Below are positions 25,266 through 39,104 of a stretch of 60,977 bases of DNA, one piece after another (positions within the stretch are counted from its first letter, which is position 1; the number at the start of each line of letters is the position of its first letter). The notes beneath the pieces were generated by a model. That model had not been told where the DNA came from and made no database searches. It saw only the letters and a list, made by a program, of their open reading frames with translations. The stretch covers positions 1-60,977 of the forward strand of contig JAAILG010001852.1 of assembly GCA_012026655.1 (NCBI GenBank), in the 5' to 3' direction. A program made the position numbers and the translations under genes. This stretch comes from Hydrolagus affinis (lineage: Eukaryota).

Positions 25266-26399
25266 TAATTAGCACAAGTTAACAGTCTACATGTATGTCA
25301 AATATTGCACCATATTAAGGCATGATAGTGGTTCATGTTTAATACAACAGAAAAATCATTGGTCACTACGTTTTCAAAAAAGCTGCTGTATGTGATCAAA
25401 TAAAATGAAGGAGGTCTATTTCGACCTACATTTCTAACCCAAACAAATAACTAATGGAGGCCATACTTGATGCCTTTCTGTATGAATTGGTACTTGTGGT
25501 TGGTATGTGTTTGGTACAAATACACGCTTTTCCCTTCACCTTTCTATGCTTCAGACACCAGTGGAATTGTAAATGCCCCAGTTTCAAAGATTGCCTTAAA
25601 TTTATGTATTGCTGGATAGAAAGATAGATAATTTAATGATACAATATTGCATTATGCGGGTAATAATGCTAAGTATTTATTTAGCTTGTTAAAGCAAGAA
25701 AATGAACATTGCAGCCTAATCGCTGTTGGAGTGCTGTGATCTTTCAAGTTGTGGGATTGGGAAACATTCTGGCCAAGCTCTAAATAAAAGAGCCATAAAT
25801 TCATGTCAGAATGAACTGTATCCATTGTGTTGTTCCTTGGTGATAGGATCACTATTAGCAAAGTTCTGCACACTAACAATTCGTCAAATAACAGCTTGAT
25901 TGTTCTCTGTGAGCACCATAACTACTCTGGTCCCAAACTGTTATTTTTAGAATGGGTGGCCCAGATTGTAGCTGGACATTCCTGTCCACTTGACACCCGT
26001 CACGGACAGCAAGTCACACAATAACCAAGGCGATTGACACTCTATTGTTACAGCCTTTAATTTGGGGCATAATTTCTTCAATCCCCCAAATCGTACTTTT
26101 GTAGAGTTTTAGAATGAATTGTGTTTTAACTCTTCAGTACACCAGATACAATCCTCTTTGGAATGCCAAATAGACATTTTGCTCTGGAGTTTGAAATTGA
26201 TTGCTCAAAGTTATAGCTAAAATTCATAATTGCAGTATTTAGTCTGCCTGTGAATATTTCACCTTTCTGCCATCCTCCTGACGTGAAAGGCGTTCTATTA
26301 ATGCAATTTTGTTTTGTTGTTGTAATAGTGAAAGTATAAGGCTATTAAAATGCAGTAACACTCAAGTTTTTAATCTTTTTTTCCTCTAATTCACTTCCC

Positions 26400-26760
26400 T
26401 CCCCATCTTTAGTGCCTTCACTCTGTCCTCATTCTGCCTGTGTACACTTCCATAAGTAGTTTCATTTGGTTATTCATCATCTAACAGCAGCGCAGACAAC
26501 CCTGATCCTGTCCTCACCTCCCATTCCTACACACCCGCCTTCAAAATGAGTCTCTGGATAGTGTTCTCTCAGGAGCAGGAAATCTGACTGAGTTTCCTGT
26601 ACAAACATAAAGACACTGAGGTCAAATGTAACTTCCTGACTGTTTCACCATCAAATATTTGCAAACTCATCTCATACCAGAATTCAAACCTGTGAACATC
26701 TGGTCTGTGTGGCTTATTGATGCTCTGGATACTAACCTTCACTGACTGGTCCCATCAGCA
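26400..26760 (-). mobile_element. Old tRNA-derived SINE (15540 family)
   Basis: ctgatcctgtcctcacc…ctggatagtg…caggagcagg…gacactgagg…caaacctg…tggtctgtgtggct, collinear with the other copies. Confidence 0.5.
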
Positions 26761-27959
26761 AAACTTTCTGACAGATAAGACACATTTTTAAACTAAATGT
26801 TTATACCAGGACCAAGATCTTCTCTGCTAGATTGTGCCAGAGGCATAGGGAAGGTTCTGTAGGAAACGGGGGCAAAGTCAAACCAGGCAGAGTCAAAAGC
26901 AGAGCTCCTGCCAAACATACTGCATATATAGCAGACATCCCAAATGGTAGCGTCTTTTTTTAAAAAAAACATCATTATGAAATTTCCTCAGGCAATGTGT
27001 TCCGTAAAATGGGTGGAGTACTTCGAACAAAAACAACCCCTTAGGCTTTTGTTTTCCTTTAAATATTGCAGTTTCGCACCCTTCTCTTAACACGCAAGCA
27101 ATAGAATCGTCATCATTAGAGGGCAATTATGACGGAGATGTACAGTTCACTTTACCCGAATGGATCAATATTCATGAGTGAGTCTTGACTGTAACTGCTG
27201 GCAGGCTAATCTATTGTGGGGGCAACACAGCTAAGTCTATAACAATAATCCTTGCATTTGATATACAGTGCCATCATCAAACTGTCTCAAAATGCTTCAC
27301 AGCAACTTTACTATGAGACCAGCTTTTTAAAAGTTACTTGAGCATATTAAAGGTTATACATTGTTTCCCTATCTCATTTCATCAATACACACCAGTGACA
27401 CAATTCGGTTTGTCCCTTTATGGAGTGAAAAATACAGTTTGGAAGGTGATAATTATCATGAGTGAAATTTATCACTGGTAATATGTATCACATCACACGC
27501 CACATATTTTACCCCCAGATGGTGTCACTTCTGTTTAAATTCAGATCCCAAAACTTGTCAAATGGGATGAATGGGTTGAATCACTTTAGTGATGATAAGA
27601 TGCAACACAGCAACATCTGCTAACAACAAAGAAAAGGTCAGAACTGATGGTCACAGCTTTACCCAACCTGCTTGTTGAAGATTTTGAAATGAAGCAATTC
27701 AGTCACAAGTGTTCAATACAGAATTCATTGAGTAGGACTGAATTGAGAGTACTTTTGGTAACAGTGAATTATTTAGTCCTATCTTATAATTGCAATTCCA
27801 TTTAGTGATGGTAAGCTGTTGAATAATATATTTATTCCATAGACTTAATTTTAAAGCTGCCATATTAAAAACATCAGGATGTTTTGTACTTTAAGGATGG
27901 TTTTCCAATTGCCAGTAGATTTACTGTGCTTACCGGGCAAATGCTTCTGATTCTCTATT

Positions 27960-28270
27960 CTATTGTGCCCTTCACATAGGATATCGTCTCAAAACACCAC
28001 ACAATTACAGGATTGGATGAGCGATGGGAATGGGAATGGAGAGGTGAACAAAGTTGAATTTGAAGAGATAAGTCTTGAGGAGGAATTTAAAGATGAATAA
28101 AGATTCAGGGAGAAGAGAGTTAGAGGCAGAGAGTTCCAGAGGGTAGGGTGTAGTAACTGAAGGCACAGCCACTGATGGTGGCATGGTGGGTTTGGGGAAT
28201 GTGCCATGTCGCTGAGTAAAGTGGGCAGGCAGTGGAGTCGGGTACGAGTGGGGTTCTCCCTCTTTGCTTG
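27960..28270 (-). mobile_element. L2 LINE 3' fragment, degraded
   Basis: aggcagagagttccagagg…ctgaaggca motif; minus-strand PTLWNSLP. Confidence 0.7.
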
Positions 28271-30659
28271 AAGGAAGTTGAAGAAAGGTTCTGATCCATC
28301 AGTTTGTTCTTAAATGCAAAGTACTGTATATGAAACCTTATAATTGTCAGAATCCCTTGGGCTTTTTGCAAATAAACTGCTCCTTTAAACACAGTTGACC
28401 TATAATGTTTTATCTAAGGACTTTTATATTGTTTAGATCAACTTGCTGAATTAGTTTAAGTATATCTGCAGTACATAGATTTACCTTACAGCTATGTTAA
28501 TTTGCAGATTATGAATAGCCAGATGCAAGCACCAGATTTCTTGGCAGCCTCCTTGTGTATTTATTACTACTATTTACAAAAAAAAACCCGGCTAGCCCTT
28601 TGATGCATTTCCAAGGAATAAGACACAATATCAAAAGCAAGGATTAAATTTGTTTGTATTGTTACAACAAATGTTAGTTTTGGTTTGAAACTTCTGCTAT
28701 TCATCAATGACTTGCACAACACCAATGGTCATTCGTAGTCACTCAAATTCTAACCCCCAACCTCCTTGACATCTATAATGACGTAAATGCCAAATACTCC
28801 AGTCTAATAGTGCTGTGTAAACACTGAGTAGATTTTGGACTGAAGTCAAAACTGGAACATACCACTTCTGCACCTAGGGCCCAGAGTCATGAAAGTTGTT
28901 CTGCAGAGGCTGGGCACAGCAAGATGCATATATTTGGCAAAAAAACAAATGCCCCCTTCAACTTTGTATATCAACCATTGAAGCAAACATCCTATTATCT
29001 TAATTATCCATTTACATAACTTAGCCAGCTGCATTTTATTCAAAACTGATGCTGGTTTCTGTTGTGAGTATTTTTTCAGGGTGTGGTCGAAAGTAATATT
29101 TACTCAGTTTTCATGTAACACTGTATGATCACAAATGTATTTTCTTCATTCTATTTGCCAGTATTGGTGGAATAGGAGTACACCTATGATTCCTACAAAT
29201 TACCAAGTCCAGGGTATAGGACTGTAAAGTCTTGAGAAATCAAGCTGGAGCTGAATTATTCTGCAATAAAAGCAGTAAATCCTTGCATTTGCAGTACTGG
29301 TCAAATGGTATTACTTGGTCTTAATTATACACATGAAACATAAGCCTTACCATTAAGTTAAGATATAAAACTGTTTTCAAGTTCTATTTGAAGTTCTGGT
29401 TATACACATGTAGGACTGTGAAAATTCTTGACTCTTAATTTGGAAGCCAGGTCTCTTTACGACCAGAGGAGAACCTGTTTCTAAACGAAGATTGTGCATG
29501 ATCTTGAAGACAAATTGGTTTTACAGGCTGAGACTAGGAAGCATTTTTGATTCCCAGGAGAATACATTTATTTTGCCATGGATTGATTGGCAGACATTTG
29601 ATGGTTAAAAGTGTTTGCTTTTTGAGGATCCTTAAAATATTTTTTCTTCATTAAACTTGAACTGCAGATTATAAAATCAGTGTTGCAGATAATTGAATAT
29701 TAAGAACATGGAGAATCCCGAAAGGTGCAGTGGCAATGAACTAGCTTTTCAGCCACTTCCGCTGTGTAACTTATAGAATCATGTCCTCAAATGGAAAATC
29801 ATCTGATATTCAGATAGTTGAGTGAGGCGAACCGTACAATCTACTGCAGGAGAGGGAGAAATTGGCTGATGTCTAATGCATACTGACATTCAGTGGTATG
29901 AAATAATGAGTTCTAACTTGAACATAAAGAGGTGGTTCAGTTTTCAAGGGAAACGTGGTTAGTACAAGACACATCAGCACATGCAGAAACGTGACAACAT
30001 GAATCAAGGCTTGCTGTGCCACAACTAGTATTTGATTTGGGAGCCTCAGATCTGAGTAACCAGTCAAATTCATGTAGCAAAACATTTATCTTCCGATTGG
30101 ATATTTTGAATCCCAACATGACAGAGGATTGCTGAAGATTTTTGAGGTTCAGTTGCATGTTAATGTTACTGTTTGAAAGAAATACCTGTTTCATTCTGTT
30201 TCACGTAGTGCAGGTGAGGATAGTTGCACAACCCGCTCCACACTGCTCTGTTGTCACATGTTCACACAGTTATAAAATTGCTCAAGGAGCTGTGCAAACT
30301 CCTGTAGTGTCAGAATGCCAAAGAATGTTTAAATGATACAAAACGGCCTACTGCTTTGCCATTTTTCTTAAAGAGGAAATGAAATTGGGCTATGCCTTTT
30401 TACAGAAACTCTCCTTAAGTATCCTCAGCAAATAGTACCTCACGGAACTGTTGATGTCAGAGCAGCCAGGCTTGTCGGCAGGACTTTGAGAAGTAGATCA
30501 GTCACTGGGGGTGGGATTCTTCCCACTCGGCTCCTGATCTACCCCTATACTGGTGCTGGCCCCTCAAGTTCCACTGTCCACAATCTAAAACTCAGCTACA
30601 AGCATCTTCATCATTATTAAACTCACAATGTACATCATCCCAGTGTACATCACCCCATC

Positions 30660-31125
30660 ACTAACCCCCCGCCTCACCCTTGCTTGGGTCCCGAACCCTG
30701 ACTGTTCAATGCCTTGGGACGTCCTACCAACTTGAAAGGCGCTCTATAAATGTAATTTTGTTGTTGTTGTTCTCACCCAGGCTGCATTGGCTCCTGGTTC
30801 AGAAAGAATCAATTTTAATAGCTTCACCATCCAATATAAATCACTTTCGGCCCAAGCACTTCCCTAATTCTCTGACCTGCTCATACCCCATTCTTCTGCC
30901 TGCACTCAACTAATAAAAGACTATTATGCATCTCCTGCCCCTCTGCGCCATTGGCATCTCCTGCCCCTCTGCATCATGGTTTCAAACAGTACACCCCTCA
31001 ACTCAAAAATTCCATGCCTCAATGCTGCTGCTTCACCCCCTCTTTAAATTTCACCTTAACCCTACCCCTTAAACTGCACTCCTGTATGAAGGGTGCTATA
31101 TCAATGCAAATTATTGTTCTTGTTG
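30660..31125 (+). mobile_element. Two adjacent or nested L2 3' fragments
   Basis: Well-preserved hairpin and (TTG)n tail at 30705-30770, followed by an older PRLHWL…/tail remnant ending about 31125. Confidence 0.7.
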
Positions 31126-31205
31126 CTGATAACCTTCAAGCTAAAGTCCTCATGGACTTTCCCTACAGTGGCTCTACCTGGATAAACAGTGGGTATAAAA
31201 TAACA

Positions 31206-31344
31206 AAAACACAAAATACTGTAGATGCTGGAAATTTGAAACCAAAGCAGAAATCGCTGGGATCAACCAGCAGGTCAGGCAGCATCTATGGAAAAAGGAA
31301 AAGTGAGTCCACATTTCAGGTTCACGATCCTTCATCAGTTTTCA
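31206..31344 (-). mobile_element. Short Penelope-like unit with hammerhead-like core
   Basis: 12-bp direct repeat TATAAAATAACA (31194-31205 / 31345-31356). Minus strand begins CTGATGA-AGGATCGTGAACCT-GAAA. Homologous to 44101-44231. Confidence 0.72.
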
Positions 31345-31370
31345 TATAAAATAACACTTTGCCTTATACA

Positions 31371-31758
31371 ATAATAATCTTTGCGCTTGATGTAGCGCCT
31401 TTTTGGTGAGATGCCTCAAAGCGCTTCACAGAATATTGTGGAATATTGAAGAATGGAATATTATGAAGTGGTTTGACTGTATACTTTGGGGCTGAAATGC
31501 AGCTGCCAATTGTGCACAGTAGTGTTCAACAAATAGTATTGGATTAAGTGACCAACAATTGAGTGAATTTTTTTTGACGGGGAGGAATTGTTACCCCAGA
31601 AGGCGAACCACCAATCAACTAACAACCAGTTCCTTTTTCCTGCTAGGTAAACAGACATGTGGAGTAAGGAAAATTGCCTAAGGTTTTACTCGCCCGGGAA
31701 TCAAATCCAGGTGCTCTCACTTGCGAGATAAGCACGATAACCACTGCGCTACAGGACT
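31371..31758 (-). mobile_element. tRNA-headed Deu-type SINE with small internal insertions
   Basis: ataataatctttgc tail, gcagctgccaattgtgcacag core, aaccactgcgctacaggac head. Confidence 0.82.
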
Positions 31759-32894
31759 TTTACTGCACATTTTCCAGTAATTCTCAATCCCATTACGAGT
31801 AACTGATGAAAAGATCTCTTGTGATAGGAATTGTTGATTGATAGAACCAGTATCTCCTCTTTGTACTTTTTCTCTTCCAAATCATAATCCTGGTTTAAAA
31901 AACGAATAACAGCATTGGTTTTACCTCTGAATAAAGTTTCCAGATGAAGCTGTGATCAAGGGGTCGTCTGAGAAGCAGGAAACTGACAGGATTACGTGCA
32001 CATTGTACAGTAGGCCAAGAAGTATATCAGGTGACAGAATGTATCCTGATCCAAGTACTGTACTGCATTTTTCTTCAGACTTATTGTTACCTGAAAAAGA
32101 TGCCCATTATTCCTTTAGCAGGTCAAAGGATCATTGTGTCTGTGGCACAGGCCGATGCTGCTGAAAGTGGAGCTTCTGACACCTGTTGGCTGATCTGGCA
32201 AAGAAGCAAGAACGAGCATTGCCTATTGTTTACACAGTGACCAGCTGTTTCTGCTGTAAGCAATACGTGGAATCATTGTTCTCACTCTCATCAGCATCTC
32301 AGAATTAGTGGTTTGTTGAGTGGTATAAAACCCAGCAGATGGTTAGAGGTTTTGTGGGTGAAGAATGTCGCCCCGTCTCTGCGCAACGTTTTTTTCTTCA
32401 CACACCCTTTCTTAGTTGTTGATCTCCTGAATTATGTGGAAATTAATTTGGGTTTATTTTCCTGGGAGAGCTTAATAAGGATCCAAGACGTCACTAAAAC
32501 ATATTTTAGAACAATTGCACCCACACGCGATTCCTTCCACTGTTGTCTTCTTCGAAAACCAAAACCATAGGGGATAACATCAAAGAGCTATTTAAAGAAA
32601 TAATGCTTTCATTTTGCTTGACAAGTGGTTTTCTGACTTCGTACAACAGTTGAGCTGTGCTCTGGCACTGATGGGAGGCTTCTGAAAATAGCAAATAGAA
32701 CCATCGATTGTTAGTGTGATAACTCACAGATTACTCAAAGATTCACCATCCTCATAGATTCAAAATCTTGGAATTCAAGAAAAATGACTGCCACCTGTGA
32801 ACAAAAAGTTTGTAAGCGTATCTGTTGTATCAAACTATTCATAAACGTTGGTAAAATGAAGACAATGTCCCACATTGGAAATTTGAACTCTTAG

Positions 32895-33237
32895 TTTAAG
32901 CTGACTCTTCAACTCTTCAATGTAGGGCTAGAGAGTGCTATATTGTCAGATATACCATCTTGGAGATATTAAACTGAGTTCCTGGTCTGCCTTTTCAGGT
33001 GGACTTTTAAGATCCCAGTGCACTAATCAAAAACAGAAAAGGAATTTCTGCCGTTGTACTGGCCATCAATCCTCCAGATAAAATTGTCGATTCACTTTTG
33101 CTGTTTGTGTGAGATTGTTATGGAAAATTGCATCCATGTTTCACTTACAGAACACAGTCACTCCAGTTTATAGTAAAATCCTGTAAATCACTTTGAGAAC
33201 ATTTGACAAGTAAATCAAATGCAAGGATCAGTATTAT
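32895..33237 (+). mobile_element. Older DeuSINE (SacSINE1/AmnSINE1-like Deu domain)
   Basis: attgtcaga…attaaactgag…ctgccttttcaggtggac…aagatcccagtgcacta…ttgctgtttgtg, then a SINE/L2-type tail. Confidence 0.7.
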
Positions 33238-33799
33238 TGATAATTAGATCAAATCACAGAAAAAAAATGTAGCACTGCTATCCTGGTATGATCCCAGGCT
33301 GGGCTGTACCAGAACAAACAGAGTCAGCCCAATGCGGTTTGGGGTTCAGTGCAGCACAGATTCAGCTGCAGGATGTTACAGGCCAACAGATTATAATTCA
33401 TCACACAATGGTAGTCATTATAGTAGTGGCACTGCTGCACAATGAATAATGGGAAGAGTTATGCATTGCATCCTAAAAGACTTTGGTGGAGTAGTAATAC
33501 CGTTAAGCTTCAGGATACTGGGGCCAGAGGCCGTAACAGATATAGAGTAACCGTGTGAAGCCAAACTAGTCTTACCATCACTCATTCACCATTTAGAAAA
33601 CATTTCCTTCTCTAATTCTGGGATTCTACCCTGGTAGGATTTGGGGAGCTAAAGGAGTGTAAACAGCTGGTGAGTCACTCGTGCCTAAAGCTTTATAGTT
33701 CTAAAAGGTACCAACAAAGTACTCTTGATAGCTTTCCTGTCTAGCCCTCAGACTGACCAAACGTTTGTGCAAATGTTTGCACAACCAGGTCCCATCGCT

Positions 33800-34320
33800 G
33801 GTTAGCCTTCCTAGCCCACATCCGGTTCCTGACCAAGACTGCCTTCCTCCACCCACATCGCACCACCTTCAGCCCTATCTTACTTCAAATGCTGCTGAAA
33901 TTCTCATTCATGGTTTTGTCACATCCCTCCTCAACATTTCCAATGAACTCCTCATCGGTGTCTCCAGCTCCACTATAAACAAGGTCCAAATGATACAAAA
34001 CTCTGTTGCCCCTGACCTGTACCCGGATGCTCATCTCTCTCACCCCAGTTGTTGCTAAGCTCTGCCTCCTTCTTGTTGTAGAATCGACTTCAAGATCCTG
34101 CTTTCTACTTTCGAATCACTTCATGCCCTCCCTACAACCTGCTGCCTTTGCACTTCCCTCATCACCTCTGCTCCACTGATGGTGCCTATACTTTCAGTTC
34201 CTATGCTCCAAATCTCCAGAATTCCTTGCCTGAATCTTTCTGTCTTGCCTCCTCTTTGTACGTCTTGAAATTACACCAGAAGACTCTGATCTTCAAGAGT
34301 GGATTTGGTCACCTTCCCTC
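33800..34320 (+). mobile_element. L2 LINE ORF2 and 3' fragment
   Basis: PYLTSNAAEILIHGFVTSLL…KVQMIQNSVA, RIDFKILL and LQNSLPES motifs. Confidence 0.82.
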
Positions 34321-34379
34321 TATTTGCAGCTCGCTATCAAACTACACCAGTTTTGGGCACTCCCTGTTTGTCTTGTAAA

Positions 34380-34572
34380 CACAGCACTGAAGCCAAAAAA
34401 TGCCCGAGCTCCACCCATAGTGCCGGATGACAGAGCGGGAACTACAAGCAGCTGTTCCGAACTTTGGAAAATTTGCTGGGCATTGGAAAAAATCTAATAT
34501 TGTTGTGTTTGAAATCTTGCCGGATTTGGGAGTTGCCGGCTTTCGGAATGTCGGATTATTGAGGTTTTACTG
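34380..34572. mobile_element. Tigger-like MITE right end (left TIR not evident)
   Basis: Ends …gccggatt…gccggctt…cggattattgaggttttactg|TA, the reverse complement of a CAGTAAAACCTC-type TIR. Confidence 0.55.
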
Positions 34573-35380
34573 TATATCAACTCCCAAGGATTATTATTAT
34601 AATTCACCTGCTGTGAATTGACTTAATCTAATTTTTGTTCAATATTTTCTTTTCTAATGAAAGTTATTTGTCTTTCAACATCCTCTCCCCACCCCCTCCC
34701 ACCCACCACTCACCCAATAAAAATAAAACTAGCAAACATTTTTAATACAAATTTCTCCTGGTTCACCTTCACGTAGTAAAGTTATTTTAGTATGTTCATG
34801 CACATCACAATAGACATCAGCTTACAGTTAGGTCTGTTGAAACTCAATCATAGGCTGAGGTTTAGTCTCTTTCTCTGCAGTGCAGTTGATTTGTGGTAAA
34901 CATATCACTGGTTTGCCAAAAAATTAGGCCTGGACTAGAAATCTGCTGTGATCAGCATTTCTTTCAACTGCAGATAAAAATAACAAATCTTTGTGCCACA
35001 ACCTATTTATTCAGTCTAAACAAAGGTAGCAGCAAACTCTTAAAAGAAAAACGCGTATAATACACAAATGTGTTTCTGAATTCTAAGCATGTCTTATACA
35101 CACCAATGCACTTGATGAATTGTCTGGCGTGCAATATTAAAAAAAACAGAAAATGACAGCCTCCCCAAAGTCCATCCATCAGTCTGTCTGTCTCATTTGG
35201 TAATTTCACTTAGCAGTGCAAAGATAAGCCTTCACAGAGTAGGATGATCTTGGGTGCGATCCTCCGTATGCGGTGAGTTAACTGGGGGAACAAGAACACA
35301 GGAAGGAAAGAGAAAATGAAAGAGTACAGAAAAAGTGTTACAACTGGCATCAGTGCCCCAAGTTTGATATGGCTAAAATA

Positions 35381-35560
35381 ATAATAATAATTCTTGTTTT
35401 TTATATAACGCCTTATCACATCATAGAGTCATCTCAAAGCACGTCACAGAATACACTATCAACTGAATTGACTATGTATTTTGTGGGCGAAAGGCAGCAG
35501 CCGATTGTGCACAGCAGTGCCCCACAAACAGGCATGGATTGAGTGATCAAATTATTATTT
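35381..35560 (-). mobile_element. Deu-type SINE, 5'-truncated
   Basis: (AAT)n tail and gcagcagccgattgtgcacagcagtgccccacaaacag core. Confidence 0.8.
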
Positions 35561-37244
35561 TTAAATTAAAAAAGGTAGGATTCCCACTCATGCTAATATT
35601 AATTATCTCTTGATTCTTCCCAAACTCCCCCACCCACCCACCCGCGACGCCTCCATATTGAAAGAGGATATTCATCAAAGAGAGCAGCGCATCTCATATG
35701 ATCTTCTCATATGATCTTCAGACAGAGAACAACAAATTACATTAATATAGCACATTTCATGTCTGTAGGAGGTTCCAAGGTGTTGGATATATACTTCCAG
35801 GAATACTTACTGGCTCAGTGGAAGGAGAAACTGAACAAAAAAATCTCCTTTTTCTAGCCTGAGAGTAATGAGGAGTCAGTTTATTCACAAAAGATCAGAC
35901 ATCAAATGTGTCTTGCTTAGGTAATAGTTTCGAAGGAGCTCCTTCCAGTCTCCAGTTAGCAAGTTATTGAACTGAACAAGACAAGGCTCCTCACTGTTGA
36001 AAATACATATTGCAGAAGGGACCTTATGGAGTTACATCATATTTTAAATAGGATTCAAAAAGTAAATTCAGAACAATACTTGTTGGGATGCACCAACAGA
36101 GCAGAACATGTGTCCCACAAATGGTCGTGGATTGAGTGTTTTGTTGGGGATGTAATGGTTGCTGTTCTCTTTTAGCCCTCACTGAGTGCTTGAACACAAC
36201 AGAATGCTTCAGTTTTTATCTTGGCTGTTACTAAGATTCTCAGCTGCACTTCTGTGCAAGGGTTAGACAGGGGCGGATAAGGATGAGTAGCAGCATTCTG
36301 CTCATCAGCAGGTAGGCAGAGACAGATCCAACACCCAAGCGGGTCTTTTCTACCTATTATCAGTTCCTGCAACACCAGGTAAATCAAGAATAACTAAGCT
36401 CAGGGAAAGCCCTGTATTTCTGGCAAGATTAAATATAATTTCCGCCAATTCCCCCTCCCCAGTATATTTCCCCTTTCAGGGAACATAATATATGTATAAT
36501 GTAATATAATATAATCCAGATTGTGATTGAATTTGGTGTATAGGTGTACAGCGAACCAAAACGTAAACCAAACATATACAGGTCTTGAAATATTATTATA
36601 TGTGTGCAGGACAGACTATTCAAAAACATTGATCTAATGGACTTTAATTGGATTTAATTAACTGCAGCAGTGTAGTAACACTAAGTCTTTTCTCTCAGTG
36701 CCATTTGATGTGTGTCCAGCACCAGTCAGACATTGATGTCTGTAATTGAGCTCTTTACTGCTCAGCTGCTTCCTTGTGACTGTGACCTAACATTGCAGAC
36801 TTTCCCTCGCACAGTGATTCCTTCATCTCTTCTGTGAAGCCATCCTGTTTTTTTTTGTGTGGTGTTCATCTTCGGGTGCACGTGAGAAACAGCAGACATA
36901 CAATTTCAGACACGCATGAATTTAAAAGATTCATTTTGCAGATCTAGATTACTCTGCATAGACTAATAGCTGAGCTACAGAAGAAATGCCAGATGCACAA
37001 CATCCTTCACTAACCAGATGTCCTTCTTAGATTGTATGCAGGACTTGTTTCTGTTTTAATAAGTAACACAGAACTGGTTGTTTTATTGATATTTCCACTC
37101 CTATCACAAACCCAGTTTTGCACTTGGCTAGCCCTACTTTCAACCTGTATTTGCTGTTTTGTTAAAAGTAACTGGATCCCAAATGTAAATTATCTTGCAC
37201 AAATTGACTACAAAGCTTAATTTGTATGTCGGTCTATTAGTAGC

Positions 37245-37645
37245 CAGACTTTCTCCTCTAAGTCAGAAGTTGTTGCGCATTCAACATCAGCACTCGGAGT
37301 TCATATTTTCTTAAACTGACGCTCCAGTGAGGTGCTGGGGGGTTCCTGCATTGTCAGAGGTACCGTCTTTCAGGTGAGGCATTAAACTGAGGTCCCATCT
37401 TTGTGTCCAGTTAAATATTAAAGATCCTATTAGCATTATTTAAAAACAAAAGGAGTTTATCCTGCCCAACAATCCACCCAAATAAACCCAGACATTCAAT
37501 TTATGGCTGTTTGTGGGATACATCTGGCCACAAATTGAATGCCTGATTTGCTAACAAAAAACAGTCACTTTACAATATACCTGTGAAGTACTTTGAAACT
37601 TCCTCCTGATGTGAAAGATGCTCCACAACGTAAGAATTATTATTA
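37245..37645 (+). mobile_element. Older DeuSINE (SacSINE1-like), near full length
   Basis: cctctaagtcagaag head, gcattgtcagaggtaccgtctttcaggtgaggcattaaactgagg Deu domain, ctgtttgtggga core, (ATT)n tail. Confidence 0.75.
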
Positions 37646-37870
37646 TCATTATTGAAAAATAATGTAAAATACCAATAAGGTATTCATAATTTGCTATTTA
37701 CAGTTAGATTATTCCTAAAAAGAGATTTCCGACAGCATTTGGTTATTATTAATAATAGTACTAATTTTCATTTCATATAGCACCTTGTTAGGTCAAAAAG
37801 TCTCAAAGTGCTTGAGAGGGGTTAATTTTTATTTGTAATTCAATGCAACAGGCAAGTTTTTGCTCAGTTA

Positions 37871-38195
37871 TAAGAACATAAGAACATAATAAATAGGAGC
37901 AGGAGTAGGCTATTCGGCCCCTCGCGCCATTTTATAATAATATGGCTGATCTTCTAACCTAATTTGATTTATCCGCCCTATCCCCATATCCCTTAATTCC
38001 TCTATCCTTTAGAAATCCTTTTCAACCCCTTCATCCCAGGAACCAACCTCGTGAATCTACTCTAAGGCGAGTTTGTTCTTTCTTAAATAAGGAGACCAAA
38101 ACTACACACAATATTCTAGGTGCGGTCTCACCAAGAACCCATACAATTGCAGCAAGACTTCCTTACTCTTGTACCCTAACCCTTTTACAATGAAT
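37871..38195 (-). mobile_element. CR1 LINE 3' fragment
   Basis: (TAAGAACA)n tail, ataggagcaggagtaggctattcggccc 3' UTR, and ggagaccaaaactacacacaatattctagg ORF2 remnant (LEYCV.FWSP on minus). Confidence 0.85.
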
Positions 38196-38219
38196 TATGC
38201 CCTACAATTTAACTTGACT

Positions 38220-38445
38220 AGGATATCAGCAGAAACTCCCTTCTTTGTTCATGGAGTTTTGCTATACAAATGTAATTTTTGTTTTATCATTCACCTGAAC
38301 TGTCAGACGGGGGCTTCAGTTTAATGTCTCTTTCAAAGGATGGCACTTCTGACAATATCATGTTGGCACTGCATTGGAATTTGAGTCCGACACAGGACTT
38401 GAATCCCAAACCTTTTGCCCAAGCCAAGAGTGCTTCCAACTTAGC
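38220..38445 (-). mobile_element. Older DeuSINE fragment
   Basis: cacctga…cagtttaatgtctc…aaggatggcacttctgacaat is the reverse complement of the Deu domain. Confidence 0.7.
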
Positions 38446-38518
38446 TAAATTGATTCATTTGCTGCAGAGAAAGAAAAGGACTGCAAATAGATATCAGCTC
38501 AGCTTCCTAATGTACTAT

Positions 38519-38760
38519 AACAACAATTCTTGCATTTGATATTGTGCCTTATCACTTTGTTAGAAATCTCAAAGCACTTCACAGAATATATTGTAAAGTG
38601 AAGTGACTGTATAGTTTGTGGACAAAACACGCAACCAATTGTACACAGTAACAACAACAAAGTTATATTTGTATAGCGCTTTTCACATCAGGAGGCATCC
38701 CAAGGCGCTGCAATGTTCCACAAATATTTGTGGATTGAGTGACCAATTTCTAATTATTTT
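38519..38760 (-). mobile_element. 5'-truncated SINE with a nested L2 hairpin-only insertion (38650-38710)
   Basis: SINE core interrupted by acaacaacaaa…tttcacatcaggaggcatcccaaggcgctg. Confidence 0.8.
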
Positions 38761-38794
38761 AATACTGTAATGACATGAATATTCGCAGACATTT

Positions 38795-39104
38795 AATAAT
38801 CCTTGCATTTGATATAGCATTTTTCACATCTTCTAGACGTCTCAAAGCGCTTCACAGAATATACTGTAAAGTGAATGGACTATATATTTGTGGGCAAAAC
38901 GTGGCAGCCAATTGCACACAGCAGTCTCCCACAAACAGTCATGGATTTAAATGACCAAATTTGTTATTGCTTTTTTTCTTGAAGGATTTTTAGCAGGTGT
39001 GTGGTGTAAGGAAACCTGCCCAGGGTTTCAATCTGCCTGGAATTGAGCCCAGGCCTTTTGCTTGTATAGTGAGTGCTCGTTAACCACTGAGCTACAGGAC
39101 TCCA
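38795..39104 (-). mobile_element. Full-length tRNA-headed Deu-type SINE
   Basis: taataatccttgcatttg…aaccactgagctacaggactcca. Confidence 0.9.
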
